52,680 nucleotides of DNA, from contig DASSKW010000095.1 in assembly GCA_035690065.1 (NCBI GenBank), positions 1 through 52,680 on the forward strand. The letters are read 5' to 3'. The stretch is from Gammaproteobacteria bacterium. GTDB taxonomy: Bacteria > Pseudomonadota > Gammaproteobacteria > Natronospirales > REEB76. The notes under the pieces are model-generated. The model did not search any database and was not told where the DNA came from. It saw only the letters and a program-made list of their open reading frames with translations. The position numbers were made by a program, and so were the translations under genes. Position 1 is the stretch's first letter, and the number at the start of each line of letters is the position of its first letter. This document shows positions 8,580-17,885 of this stretch, piece after piece.

Positions 8580-9701
8580 ATGCGTAAACAATCACTCCGT
8601 CAGCCAGATTCCATACCCAGAACAATCGGTATCGTCGGTGCCGGACAACTCGGCCGCATGCTGGCGCTATCCGGCTACCCGCTCGGATTGAAGTTCATCT
8701 TCCTCGACAAGAGCGCCGATGCTCCCGGCGGACAAATCGGCGACATCCTGCTGGGCGAATTCACCGACGCCGACAAGATCGCGCAACTCGCCGCGCAAGT
8801 GGATGTGCTCACCTATGACGTGGAGAACGTCCCGGTTGCCGCCTTGAGCAGACTCCCGAAAGACAAACCGTTCCTGCCACCGGTCGCCGCGCTTGCCGCA
8901 GGTCAGGATCGGCTCTCGGAAAAGACCCTGTTCCGCGAACTCAAGATTCCAACCCCGGAATTTCGTGCCATTGAATCCATGCCGGATCTGGAAGAGGCGA
9001 TTCAGAAAATCGGTTATCCCGCCGTACTGAAAACCCGCCGTCTCGGTTACGACGGCCGCGGCCAGCGCTTCATCCGCAGTCCTGCGGAACTCGGTAGCGC
9101 CTACAACGCGCTTGCCGGCGTGCCGCTGATCCTCGAACAGTTCATCGCCTTCGAACGCGAGGTCTCGGTCATCGGCGTGCGCAACCATCTGGGCGACACC
9201 GCCTTCTATCCGCTGTCCGAAAACCGGCACCGCGACGGCATCCTGCGTCTGTCCATCGCGCCCTATCCTGACAAGAAACTGCAGAGTCAGGCGCAACGAT
9301 ACGCCAAGCGCATCATGCAGCACTTCGACTACACCGGGATATTGACCATCGAGTTCTTCGTTCGCAAGGGTAAACTCATCGCCAACGAGACCGCGCCGCG
9401 CGTGCATAATTCCGGTCACTGGACCATCGAAGGTGCCGTCACCAGTCAGTTCGAAAATCACATCCGCGGCATCCTCGGGCTACCGCTCGGCGACACCTCG
9501 CCAGTGGGATATTCCGCGATGGTAAATTTCATCGGCGAGATGCCGCCGCTGGCGGAAGTGCTGAAAATACCCGGTGCGCATTATCACGATTACGGCAAGG
9601 ACGCGCGGCCCGATCGCAAACTGGGGCACGCGACGCTGGTGTGCAAGACACGCAAGGAATTGCTCGCCAGGCTGGACCGTTTCCCGGGTCTGGTTCCTTA
9701 G
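8580..9701 (+). CDS. purK: N5-carboxyaminoimidazole ribonucleotide synthase (ATP-grasp)
   Basis: 373-aa ORF containing IGIVGAGQLGRMLALSG, YPAVLKTRRLGYDGRGQ and APRVHNSGHWTIEG motifs. Confidence 0.95.
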   Translation: MRKQSLRQPDSIPRTIGIVGAGQLGRMLALSGYPLGLKFIFLDKSADAPGGQIGDILLGEFTDADKIAQLAAQVDVLTYDVENVPVAALSRLPKDKPFLPPVAALAAGQDRLSEKTLFRELKIPTPEFRAIESMPDLEEAIQKIGYPAVLKTRRLGYDGRGQRFIRSPAELGSAYNALAGVPLILEQFIAFEREVSVIGVRNHLGDTAFYPLSENRHRDGILRLSIAPYPDKKLQSQAQRYAKRIMQHFDYTGILTIEFFVRKGKLIANETAPRVHNSGHWTIEGAVTSQFENHIRGILGLPLGDTSPVGYSAMVNFIGEMPPLAEVLKIPGAHYHDYGKDARPDRKLGHATLVCKTRKELLARLDRFPGLVP

Positions 9702-9834
9702 CTGCTGCAGACATGCGCTCTTTGCGCACTCGTTGACACCCCAGCCTGGCCATACTTGTGTGATTTCGCCAGCCCTGGACAATTAAGCCATTTATGCTAA
9801 TGCAGTTGGCATAATCTGCTTAATTGACGATGCC

Positions 9835-10602
9835 ATGGATACCTTGCGCGAACAATTTCTGGAACGCCTGACCCGGGAACTTTTCCATAAGAAAGGGGAA
9901 GGTTTCGTATTGAAAGGCGGAACTGCCATCCGCGCATTATTCGGCGAGCAGCGACTCACCAAGGTTATCGATCTGGATTTCACCAATCCCAGACGCACTG
10001 CCGATTCCCTGCATCACAGCATCCATCGTGCCATCGAGATCGCGGCACGCGGCCTGCCCATCCGGAATCTGCATACCTCGGAACCCGGCAAGGCAGAATC
10101 CAGCCCACGCTGGAAAGTCAATTTTGAAGACACCGAAGGGCGTCCCCACCATGTCGAAATAGAAGTCTCGCGCGACCCTGCACGCGCGGTACCCGGTGCC
10201 GTCACACAGATACCTTTCGTACCGCATGCAGCTAAAGGCATCGCACGTTACTGGGTCGATATCTATGACCGGTCTGCATTGATTGCCAGCAAGCTTGCGG
10301 CATTACTCGGTCGCAGCGTACCGCGCGATGTCTATGACATGGATCTGCTTAATGACGCGGCCAATCCTCCGTCCACTGCGCTCATCAACTGGGCCATAGA
10401 CCGCGCCGATCTGGCCGGACGGGATCCCATCACAATACTCTGGGAGCATCTTGAAGAATTGAGCTGGGCCCGTTTCCAGACGGAACTGCTCGACACGCTT
10501 ACGCCTGCGAATGCTGAACGCGTTGACGAAACCGAATGGACTGCGATGAAACTGCGGGTCGGTGAATATGCCGAAGACCTGCTCCGGCTTGCCTCATCAT
10601 GA
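9835..10602 (+). CDS. nucleotidyltransferase AbiEii/AbiGii-family toxin (DUF1814)
   Basis: 255-aa ORF containing FVLKGGTAIRALFGEQRLTKVIDLDF, which is the GGTA ... DxD nucleotidyltransferase core typical of AbiEii. Its stop overlaps the next ORF's start in an ATGA junction. Confidence 0.75.
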   Translation: MDTLREQFLERLTRELFHKKGEGFVLKGGTAIRALFGEQRLTKVIDLDFTNPRRTADSLHHSIHRAIEIAARGLPIRNLHTSEPGKAESSPRWKVNFEDTEGRPHHVEIEVSRDPARAVPGAVTQIPFVPHAAKGIARYWVDIYDRSALIASKLAALLGRSVPRDVYDMDLLNDAANPPSTALINWAIDRADLAGRDPITILWEHLEELSWARFQTELLDTLTPANAERVDETEWTAMKLRVGEYAEDLLRLASS

Positions 10603-11285
10603 AACCCTGGCAGATCACGCTCGAGGATCGGCTTGCCGCTGCAGACGCACCTGCGGTCTTGAGCCGCGATCTGCTGGCACGCTTTGCGCGCGCCGGCCGG
10701 GAAAGCCCACTCCCGTCCAGCAGCCTCACCTACTGGCTGAAGAATGCCAAAGCCCGCGGCAAACTTCAGCCTGTACAACGTGGTTTATTCCTGAACCGTT
10801 TCCGGGTACCGCCGGGGCAACTGGCGGACACCGCCGCATGGCTGCAAAACGACGCGATCCTCTCGCTCAACACCGTGCTGGGCGATAGCGGTGTACTCAA
10901 CAATCCATCGCATGTAATCACCGCAGTGGTACCGGTAGATCCGCGTGTGCCGCCGCCAAGTCTGGGAAGACACCGCACCCAGGCCGGTACCCTGCATTTC
11001 TTCGGTATTCCGCGCCGCGTCGTCGAAGCCGGTGCTGACAGCGATCGTCTTGCTTCGGATCGCCCACATGAACAACCGCGTGCAACACCGGAAAAGGCGT
11101 TGCTCGACTGGCTGTATCTGGCAGCCAGTCCCCGCAGCCACCGCACCTGGCCCCCGCATCAAGATATCGATATGGATTTGCTCGATTCAAAGCGACTGCG
11201 GAAACTGGCCGTTGCGGCGGGTATGAAAGAAGTGCTCGAAACCTGGTTGAAAACGACTTCGCGACAGCCCGTCCAGGTCAGCTGA
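10599..11285 (+). CDS. AbiEi-like antitoxin / wHTH protein (tentative)
   Basis: 228-aa ORF. The N-terminus has ..LKNAKARGKLQPVQRGLFLN (an RGxY/F-type wHTH tail). Further motifs are AILSLNTVLGDSGVL and ATPEKALLDWLYL, typical of the AbiEi C-terminal domain. It joins the toxin ORF through an ATGA overlap. Confidence 0.55.
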   Translation: MKPWQITLEDRLAAADAPAVLSRDLLARFARAGRESPLPSSSLTYWLKNAKARGKLQPVQRGLFLNRFRVPPGQLADTAAWLQNDAILSLNTVLGDSGVLNNPSHVITAVVPVDPRVPPPSLGRHRTQAGTLHFFGIPRRVVEAGADSDRLASDRPHEQPRATPEKALLDWLYLAASPRSHRTWPPHQDIDMDLLDSKRLRKLAVAAGMKEVLETWLKTTSRQPVQVS

Positions 11286-11294
11286 TTATTATCC

Positions 11295-12734
11295 TCAGCC
11301 CGTGCCACCCACCGTCAGACCATCCACTCTCAAAGTAGGCTGCCCGACGCCGACCGGCACGCTCTGGCCTTCCTTGCCACAGGTGCCGACACCGTCGTCG
11401 AGCTTGAGATCGTTGCCGATCATGGAGACGCGCGTCAGGACATCGGGCCCGTTGCCGATCAGCGTCGCGCCGCGCACCGGGCGTGTCACCTTGCCGTCTT
11501 CGATCAGATAAGCTTCGCTGGCAGAGAACACGAACTTGCCGCTGGTGATGTCCACCTGCCCGCCGCCGAAGTTCACCGCGTACAAGCCTTTCTTCACCGA
11601 ACGGATGATCTCCTGCGGATCGTGTTGTCCGGGCAGCATGTAGGTGTTGGTCATGCGCGGCATCGGCAGATGCGCGAACGATTCGCGGCGGCCATTGCCG
11701 GTCGGCGCGACATTCATCAGGCGTGCGTTGAGTTTGTCCTGCAGGTAGCCTTTCAAGATCCCATTCTCGATCAACGTGGTGCAATGCGTCGGCGTGCCTT
11801 CGTCATCGACATTCAGCGAACCGCGCCGGTTCGGCAGCGTCCCATCGTCCACGATGGTGCACAGCTCGGACGCGACTTTCTGACCCACGCGACCGGAGAA
11901 TGCCGAGGTCCCCTTGCGGTTGAAGTCTCCTTCCAGACCGTGACCGATGGCTTCGTGCAACAGGATGCCGGGCCAGCCTGCTCCCAGTACCACAGTCATG
12001 TTGCCGGCGGGTGCCGACACCGCTTCCAGATTCACCAGTGCGGTACGCACGGCTTCGCGCGCGTATCCGAACGCGCGTTCGGAATCGAGAAAATATTCGT
12101 AGCCGACGCGGCCACCGCCGCCGGCGTAACCCTGCTCGCGACGGCCATCCTGCTCTGCGATCACGCTGACATTGAAACGCACCAGTGGCCGCACATCTGC
12201 GGCAAGGGTGCCGTCACTGGCCGCCACCAGCACCACATCCTGGACGCCGGACAGACTCACCATCACCTGCTTGATGCGCGGATCGAGACGCCGTGCTTCC
12301 GCGTCCACCTGCATCAGCAGTTTCACCTTGTCTTCGTCCTTGAGCGTCGCGACCGGATCGGTCGGCAGATACAACTGGCGGTTGGGTTCGCCGTGCCACG
12401 CCTGCAAGCCATTCTGTCCACCCTGCTTGGCGATCGCACGCGCCATATCGGCGGCACGCGTCAGCGCCGGCAACACGATCTCGTCCGAATAGGCAAAGCC
12501 GGTCTTCTCGCCGGAAATCGCTCGCACCCCGACGCCTTGTTCCAGGTTGTAACTGCCGTCTTTGACGATGCCGTCTTCCAGCGACCATGATTCGTGCCTG
12601 GTGCTCTGGAAATACAGATCGGCGGCATCCACCTTGTAACTCAGGATGCGATCCAGCACCTTGCTCAGCTGCTGCTCGTCCATACCAGCGGACGACAACA
12701 GGTTATTCCGGGCGATCTGCAGGGCGTTGTTCAT
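11295..12734 (-). CDS. tldD: metalloprotease TldD
   Basis: The ORF-track 587-aa frame was trimmed to ATG 12734, giving [13 protein letters not shown].. (480 aa). It contains [19 protein letters not shown] and [11 protein letters not shown] (HExxxH). Confidence 0.95.
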   Translation of the reverse strand: MNNALQIARNNLLSSAGMDEQQLSKVLDRILSYKVDAADLYFQSTRHESWSLEDGIVKDGSYNLEQGVGVRAISGEKTGFAYSDEIVLPALTRAADMARAIAKQGGQNGLQAWHGEPNRQLYLPTDPVATLKDEDKVKLLMQVDAEARRLDPRIKQVMVSLSGVQDVVLVAASDGTLAADVRPLVRFNVSVIAEQDGRREQGYAGGGGRVGYEYFLDSERAFGYAREAVRTALVNLEAVSAPAGNMTVVLGAGWPGILLHEAIGHGLEGDFNRKGTSAFSGRVGQKVASELCTIVDDGTLPNRRGSLNVDDEGTPTHCTTLIENGILKGYLQDKLNARLMNVAPTGNGRRESFAHLPMPRMTNTYMLPGQHDPQEIIRSVKKGLYAVNFGGGQVDITSGKFVFSASEAYLIEDGKVTRPVRGATLIGNGPDVLTRVSMIGNDLKLDDGVGTCGKEGQSVPVGVGQPTLRVDGLTVGGTG

Positions 12735-12814
12735 GGATAATTCGCAGTGATGATGGCGGGCGAGAACGTTACTTCCCGCGATGGGTTGAATATGGGGATG
12801 ACGATGAGGTAATT

Positions 12815-13630
12815 CTACCCCAGCCGACGATGCGCCAGCGCCGGGAACCGTTGCCGCAGACGGATCTGTGCTTCCGTATCCAGACTGGCCATGACAATAC
12901 CCGGCTCCGCAGCCCGCTCGGCGAGGATCTCGCCCCAGGGTTCCACGATCATGCTGTGTCCCCAGGTCTCGCGGCCATTCGCGTGCTGTCCGGTCTGGGC
13001 GGCTGAGATCACGAAGGCCAGGTTCTCGACCGCACGTGCCCGATTGAGCAATTCCCAATGCACCCGTCCGGTGCTGCGCGTGAAGGCCGACGGTACCGCG
13101 AACAGAGTCGCACCCTGTGCGGTCAGGGTACGGAACAGTTCCGGGAAACGCAGGTCATAGCACACCGCCAGACCGAGCCGACCGAACGGCGTATCCGCGA
13201 CGACTGCGCGGTCGCCTGGCTGCATGCGCGCCGATTCGTGATACGCCTCACCCGCCGCATTCACGCTGACATCGAACAGATGGATCTTGTCGTAAACTGC
13301 AACACGCTTGCCTTGCGGATCATACAACGGACAGCGCGCATAGACCTTGTCGCCGCCCGCGACTACCGGCAATGTTCCGCCCACGATCCAGGCGTGCAAT
13401 GTCTGTGCCTTGTCGCCAAGAAAATCCTGGATCTGGCCACTACCATCGACCTCACCGGCACGCACGCGTTCCTCATCGTTACGCGCCATGAGTGCGAAGT
13501 TCTCCGGCAACACGATGAGTTGCGCACCCTGTGCTGCGGCCTGCGCCATCAAACGCCCGGCTTCGCGCAAGTTGGCAGTGACATCTGCGCCGGAATTCAT
13601 CTGGATCGCGGCAACCCGGTGCTGACTCAT
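12815..13630 (-). CDS. carbon-nitrogen hydrolase (nitrilase superfamily) family protein
   Basis: Trimmed to ATG 13630, giving [17 protein letters not shown]. It contains [11 protein letters not shown] and [15 protein letters not shown], which supply the Glu and Cys of the catalytic-triad motifs. It sits next to tldD, as in many proteobacteria. Confidence 0.85.
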   Translation of the reverse strand: MSQHRVAAIQMNSGADVTANLREAGRLMAQAAAQGAQLIVLPENFALMARNDEERVRAGEVDGSGQIQDFLGDKAQTLHAWIVGGTLPVVAGGDKVYARCPLYDPQGKRVAVYDKIHLFDVSVNAAGEAYHESARMQPGDRAVVADTPFGRLGLAVCYDLRFPELFRTLTAQGATLFAVPSAFTRSTGRVHWELLNRARAVENLAFVISAAQTGQHANGRETWGHSMIVEPWGEILAERAAEPGIVMASLDTEAQIRLRQRFPALAHRRLG

Positions 13631-13968
13631 GGCTCCACCGACAGCGTCACCGAATTCTCGTCCTGACCGCTGATACGCCTCTCGATCGCGGCTGACGGGA
13701 TACCGAGCGATACCAGCCAATCCTGCACTTCGCTCGACCACAGACTGCCGATGTCGTCACCGGAATGCAGGATCACGATGTGATAGTCAGGATGCTTCAT
13801 CCAGTCCTGTACCGCTGCGCGTACCGGCGCCATCGCCGCCATCTCTGCGCCGCTGCGTGGCTGCGCCCATTCATCGGCCGTGATGGTGAAGGTATCCGCC
13901 TGCGCGGAAGCGACAAACCCGGCCACGCACAAGACCCACACGGCCATTTTCAACAAAGGTAATTTCAT
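13627..13968 (-). CDS. small secreted hypothetical protein
   Basis: 113-aa ORF with the signal peptide MKLPLLKMAVWVLCVAGFVASAQA. It has ATGA overlaps with yhdP upstream and with the C-N hydrolase downstream. Confidence 0.6.
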   Translation of the reverse strand: MKLPLLKMAVWVLCVAGFVASAQADTFTITADEWAQPRSGAEMAAMAPVRAAVQDWMKHPDYHIVILHSGDDIGSLWSSEVQDWLVSLGIPSAAIERRISGQDENSVTLSVEP

Positions 13969-16900
13969 GGTTGAGCTGCCTGCGGCTGCGACGCCGATTG
14001 TGCTGCTGGTGCTTTCATTTTCTTGTTGGGTGATTCAGCGACTTTCTCCAGCTTGGGATTATCCCACGGTCCGGTGAGGTGATAACGCACTTCTCCGACT
14101 GCGGTGAGAGGTTTCTTGAAGACTTCCGTCAGCAGCCACACCACCGCGCCCACGCCCACGCCGCCAGCCAGCGCGCCGATGATCGGCAAGGTCGGTCCCA
14201 CACTCGCGTCCACGATCAGCGCTTCGTCGAAATCCTGTTTGGCAAGCCCGATTCGTCCGATCATGTGGATCTTGGCGGCTGGTCCCGAGATGGTCAGATC
14301 GCGGGTATAGGCGTCGCCGTCCTGAAGCGTGAAATTGCCTTCGATGCTGTCATACGCAAACCCTTTACCGAACACGTCGCTGAAATTCAGCAACAGGCGA
14401 CGCGGCAGCGCATTGATACTGAGCAGACCGAATACCCGCCCTGCCCCGGGTTGCACTTCGAGCAACTGGCCGTTGGTAAGTTTGATATGCAGCTTGCCAT
14501 CCAGGGACTGGACGATGTTGTCGAACGGACCACCCTTCCAATCTATATCCGCCTCCAGGCTAGCCTTGTCACCGGTGATGCCCGGCGCATAACCGAAGGC
14601 CTTGAGAGTCTTTTCGATATCGGTGCTGGTGATATTCCCGCTCAGATGTGAATGTTGCGTACCGTCCGGTTGTAGCGTCCAACTGCCGTTGGCCTCCGTC
14701 TTGAATGCGCGGCCATCCACGGCAAAATCCGCCAGATTGATACCGTCCGGACGCGGCGTTAAGACCGCATGTACCTGGGTCAACGATACCCCACTGAATT
14801 GCAGCAGTTTGCTGCTGAAGCGCAACGCAGGGATACGCCGCGGATCATAAGCAGGCTGTGTGATCGATGCTGTATCGGGCGTCGTCACGGCCTTGTGTTC
14901 GATCATCACATGGTCCATGTCCGCGATGATCGGGTGTTGTGCATCCACCGCGAACGGCAGGCTGATGTGCCCGCCGATCGCTGCACTGGCCAGCTTGATG
15001 TGCCAGGCATCCTGCCCCCGGTCCAGTAACAGATGCAGGCCATTGATCGACTGTCCGAAACCTGAGAAATGTTCGACGCTCATATCCACATGCTGCAGGT
15101 ATGGCGGCAACTGTGGCATATCGATGCCATCGTCTCTACCGTCGGTTCCCGTATATGAGAGCCAGGCAGCGGTATCGAACTCGTCGAGCTTGCCGCTGAG
15201 AGTCAGGCCCGCGGTGGATGGCAATGTGGTCTCGCCGCTACCTGCTTCAACCGTACCCCGATCGAACTGCCACCGATTGGCCTGTGAGACGAATTGCAGT
15301 CTCGCTGCCGCGCGTTGCGCATACTGCCATCCAAATTCCAGTTTGTCGCCATCCTGGATCTGCAGTGTTGCTGCCAGCGGTGCACTGGTGTCTGCCGGTT
15401 TTGTAAACGGCAGCGGCAAATTGATAGCAAGACCCTTCAGACTGGAATCCAGTCGTAACGACAATCCCGCTGTCCCGGCAGCAGGATCGTTCGGGATGCG
15501 TCCGTGTACAGTCCAATCGGCATGTCCCTGCAATGCATCCTTGACCGGTAAGCCGAATGCTGCCACCAACGCGGTGCCATCTGCGCTGCCAAGAGCCTTG
15601 AACAACGATGTATCGCCATCTCCTTTGCCGCCGGGGTACACGTCGATGACGACCGGAGCACCAAGCAGCATGCCTTGTACGCCATCCGCAGAGATACCGG
15701 TGCCGGTAAAATGCACGGCACCGTGCAGCTTGGTGAGCGCCCATGCCGGAGCGTCTTGCACACTGACTGCGACATCGCCGAGTTGTGCCATGCCATCCAG
15801 CTTGAAATCGGCCAACCGGTCCACGGGCAATACCAGATGCAAGCTGACATCGCTGCGACCACTGACATTCACCGTATCCAGATAGGAACCGAAACGCTCC
15901 TTGAGAGGACCACGACGCAGGAAATCCAGCGATGCTTGCGCACTGCCGCGCGCGCCGCCATCGACACGCAGGACACCTTCGCGCAGATCGGCAAACCCGG
16001 CCCTGGCACCGGTGATGTCATCGCCCAGGATATTTCCACCGCGCACTACCGCACTCAGACCCTGATTGCGGAATTCAACATCGGCATCCAGGTTCTGGAG
16101 TCTGGGCCACCCGTCCGCATAATCGAGCACGCCATGCACCAGGTGGAAACGGATATCGAACAGACCCTGACCCTTGTCATAAGGAAAATCCGCCAGCTTG
16201 CCATGCACGCTGAGACTGCCCTCCGGTACCTGCCCCCTCACGATCGCAGTGTCGAGCCAGTCCACGACTTCTTTCGGCATGATACCGACCGGGAAATACG
16301 CAGATTTGTTGCGGGCATCCACATTGGCGACCGTGGCATCCAGGTCGAGTCGCGGCGAACTCCCGTCAGCCGGGAACAGGAAACTGCCCCTGGCCCTGGC
16401 GGAACCGTCCTGATTCTTTATCTCAATGTCGTCGCTCGCAATTCGCCAACCGGTCGAGTCATGTGTGAAACTGAACCCGGCATCCAGCGTCCCTGCATAC
16501 AAGGGCCCACGAAACAGCTGCGGGAACGTCACGGAACCATTGCGCGTCGCAAGCGTCAGGCTGCCGCCGGTCTGATCCAATGCGAGTTCACCGTCCATGC
16601 CGGTAAATCCCGGGATCCCGGCATCGGCCTGTGCACCCAGGTCCTGAAATTGGCCGCGCACCGACCAGGTATCAAGCTTGTTGCCTTGCCAGCGTGCTGC
16701 AAATGCGAACTTCGAGACATCACCCTGTGGTGCCACGCGTTGCAGACGCTGCAATCTGTCGAGCAGTATCGGCGGCAGCCAGCTTATCAAGGTGTCGATA
16801 TCCTGCAGCCGCAGGAAACTGGCATCTCCCTGCCATACGTCTCCCTGAGTATCCGCGTCATAGGCAAGATTGAAATTGCTCGTTGGCCAGGTTACGCCGG

Positions 16901-17870
16901 CTTGCGTCAAGGTGATATCGCGTCCATTTAATTTCCAACCTGCCGCAACCCGCATCCATTCGACATCGCCAGCAAGCGTCGCGAAACCATGTACAGAACC
17001 CCCGGCAGGCAGTAAATCACGGCCTTTGATGCCGGTCTTGAATTGCTTCAGCGTGGCGCCATTTCCCGCCACTTCGGCGCGCAGATCGAGGATGCCATCC
17101 ACAAAACGGTGCTGGTATTGCGGCCAATATGACAGCAGTATCGGTACTTCCAATCCTGTACCGTCGATACTCGCGTGCCACTGCCAGGATTCCGGATGCA
17201 GGCCTGCGCCTGTCACCTCGGCATCGAACTGCAGGCTATTGCCGAAGGCGGGTGGTAATTGCAGCTTGCCGGAGATACGGTGATCGTCAGCGGCATTATC
17301 GAGTTTGATGTTTACCCTGGTAAAGACAAACGGAGTGGCGCGCCGACGTCTATCCAGCAGCGTGATACTGCCTTCGCGCACCATGATCTCGGCGCGCTGC
17401 TGGAAGGCATCATTCAACCCGCTGCGCCAATCGACCTGCCGTTCCCCGGCGCTATTCTCGCCGGAGCCCTGCAGGTTGTAGCGACCCGCGGAATCGCGGA
17501 TCACGCTTATTTGCGGTTCGACCAGGATGATGCGGCTGGGAGTCGAGAAGCTGCCGTGCAAGACTGCTTGCAGTGTCAGCCCCAGACGGATCTCGCGGGC
17601 AGTGATGATGACGTGCTTGCCATCGTGGGAATAAAGCTTGACATCGTTCAGCGTAACCTCGGGACCGTACCAGTCCCAGCGCGCGCCCATGCCGGCGATG
17701 CTCACCGGCCGGTCCAATACGCGCGCCGCCCATTGTTCGACGTCGGCGCGATAACTCGGCACCAGAGGCGCCAGCAGACGGAATATCCCGATTACAGTCG
17801 CGAGCGCGATCACCACCGCAGCAAATGCCGCAGCAAAACCTTTCCATAACCGGCGTTGCCAGGTCTTCAT
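13965..17870 (-). CDS. yhdP: YhdP-family AsmA-like envelope lipid-transport protein
   Basis: 1301-aa ORF with a single N-terminal TM segment (FAAAFAAVVIALATVIGIF) and a long beta-rich body. It holds the conserved rng-yhdP-...-tldD position. Confidence 0.85.
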   Translation of the reverse strand: MKTWQRRLWKGFAAAFAAVVIALATVIGIFRLLAPLVPSYRADVEQWAARVLDRPVSIAGMGARWDWYGPEVTLNDVKLYSHDGKHVIITAREIRLGLTLQAVLHGSFSTPSRIILVEPQISVIRDSAGRYNLQGSGENSAGERQVDWRSGLNDAFQQRAEIMVREGSITLLDRRRRATPFVFTRVNIKLDNAADDHRISGKLQLPPAFGNSLQFDAEVTGAGLHPESWQWHASIDGTGLEVPILLSYWPQYQHRFVDGILDLRAEVAGNGATLKQFKTGIKGRDLLPAGGSVHGFATLAGDVEWMRVAAGWKLNGRDITLTQAGVTWPTSNFNLAYDADTQGDVWQGDASFLRLQDIDTLISWLPPILLDRLQRLQRVAPQGDVSKFAFAARWQGNKLDTWSVRGQFQDLGAQADAGIPGFTGMDGELALDQTGGSLTLATRNGSVTFPQLFRGPLYAGTLDAGFSFTHDSTGWRIASDDIEIKNQDGSARARGSFLFPADGSSPRLDLDATVANVDARNKSAYFPVGIMPKEVVDWLDTAIVRGQVPEGSLSVHGKLADFPYDKGQGLFDIRFHLVHGVLDYADGWPRLQNLDADVEFRNQGLSAVVRGGNILGDDITGARAGFADLREGVLRVDGGARGSAQASLDFLRRGPLKERFGSYLDTVNVSGRSDVSLHLVLPVDRLADFKLDGMAQLGDVAVSVQDAPAWALTKLHGAVHFTGTGISADGVQGMLLGAPVVIDVYPGGKGDGDTSLFKALGSADGTALVAAFGLPVKDALQGHADWTVHGRIPNDPAAGTAGLSLRLDSSLKGLAINLPLPFTKPADTSAPLAATLQIQDGDKLEFGWQYAQRAAARLQFVSQANRWQFDRGTVEAGSGETTLPSTAGLTLSGKLDEFDTAAWLSYTGTDGRDDGIDMPQLPPYLQHVDMSVEHFSGFGQSINGLHLLLDRGQDAWHIKLASAAIGGHISLPFAVDAQHPIIADMDHVMIEHKAVTTPDTASITQPAYDPRRIPALRFSSKLLQFSGVSLTQVHAVLTPRPDGINLADFAVDGRAFKTEANGSWTLQPDGTQHSHLSGNITSTDIEKTLKAFGYAPGITGDKASLEADIDWKGGPFDNIVQSLDGKLHIKLTNGQLLEVQPGAGRVFGLLSINALPRRLLLNFSDVFGKGFAYDSIEGNFTLQDGDAYTRDLTISGPAAKIHMIGRIGLAKQDFDEALIVDASVGPTLPIIGALAGGVGVGAVVWLLTEVFKKPLTAVGEVRYHLTGPWDNPKLEKVAESPNKKMKAPAAQSASQPQAAQP

Positions 17871-17885
17871 CCCAACTGTCCCTGC

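Noticed and set aside
12735-13058. 108-codon N-terminal extension of the tldD ORF (587-aa version)
   Set aside because: The extension is Arg/Gly/Pro-rich, overlaps the 3' end of the C-N hydrolase gene, and precedes the canonical TldD N-terminus MNNALQIA.
13631-13741. Extension of the C-N hydrolase ORF (308-aa version)
   Set aside because: It overlaps the small secreted-protein gene. [10 protein letters not shown] is the typical nitrilase-family start, and it forms an ATGA junction.
14860-16931. 341-aa and 418-aa plus-strand ORFs (14860..15885 and 15675..16931)
   Set aside because: They are antisense shadows of yhdP with no recognisable motifs and biased Arg/Ser/Pro composition.
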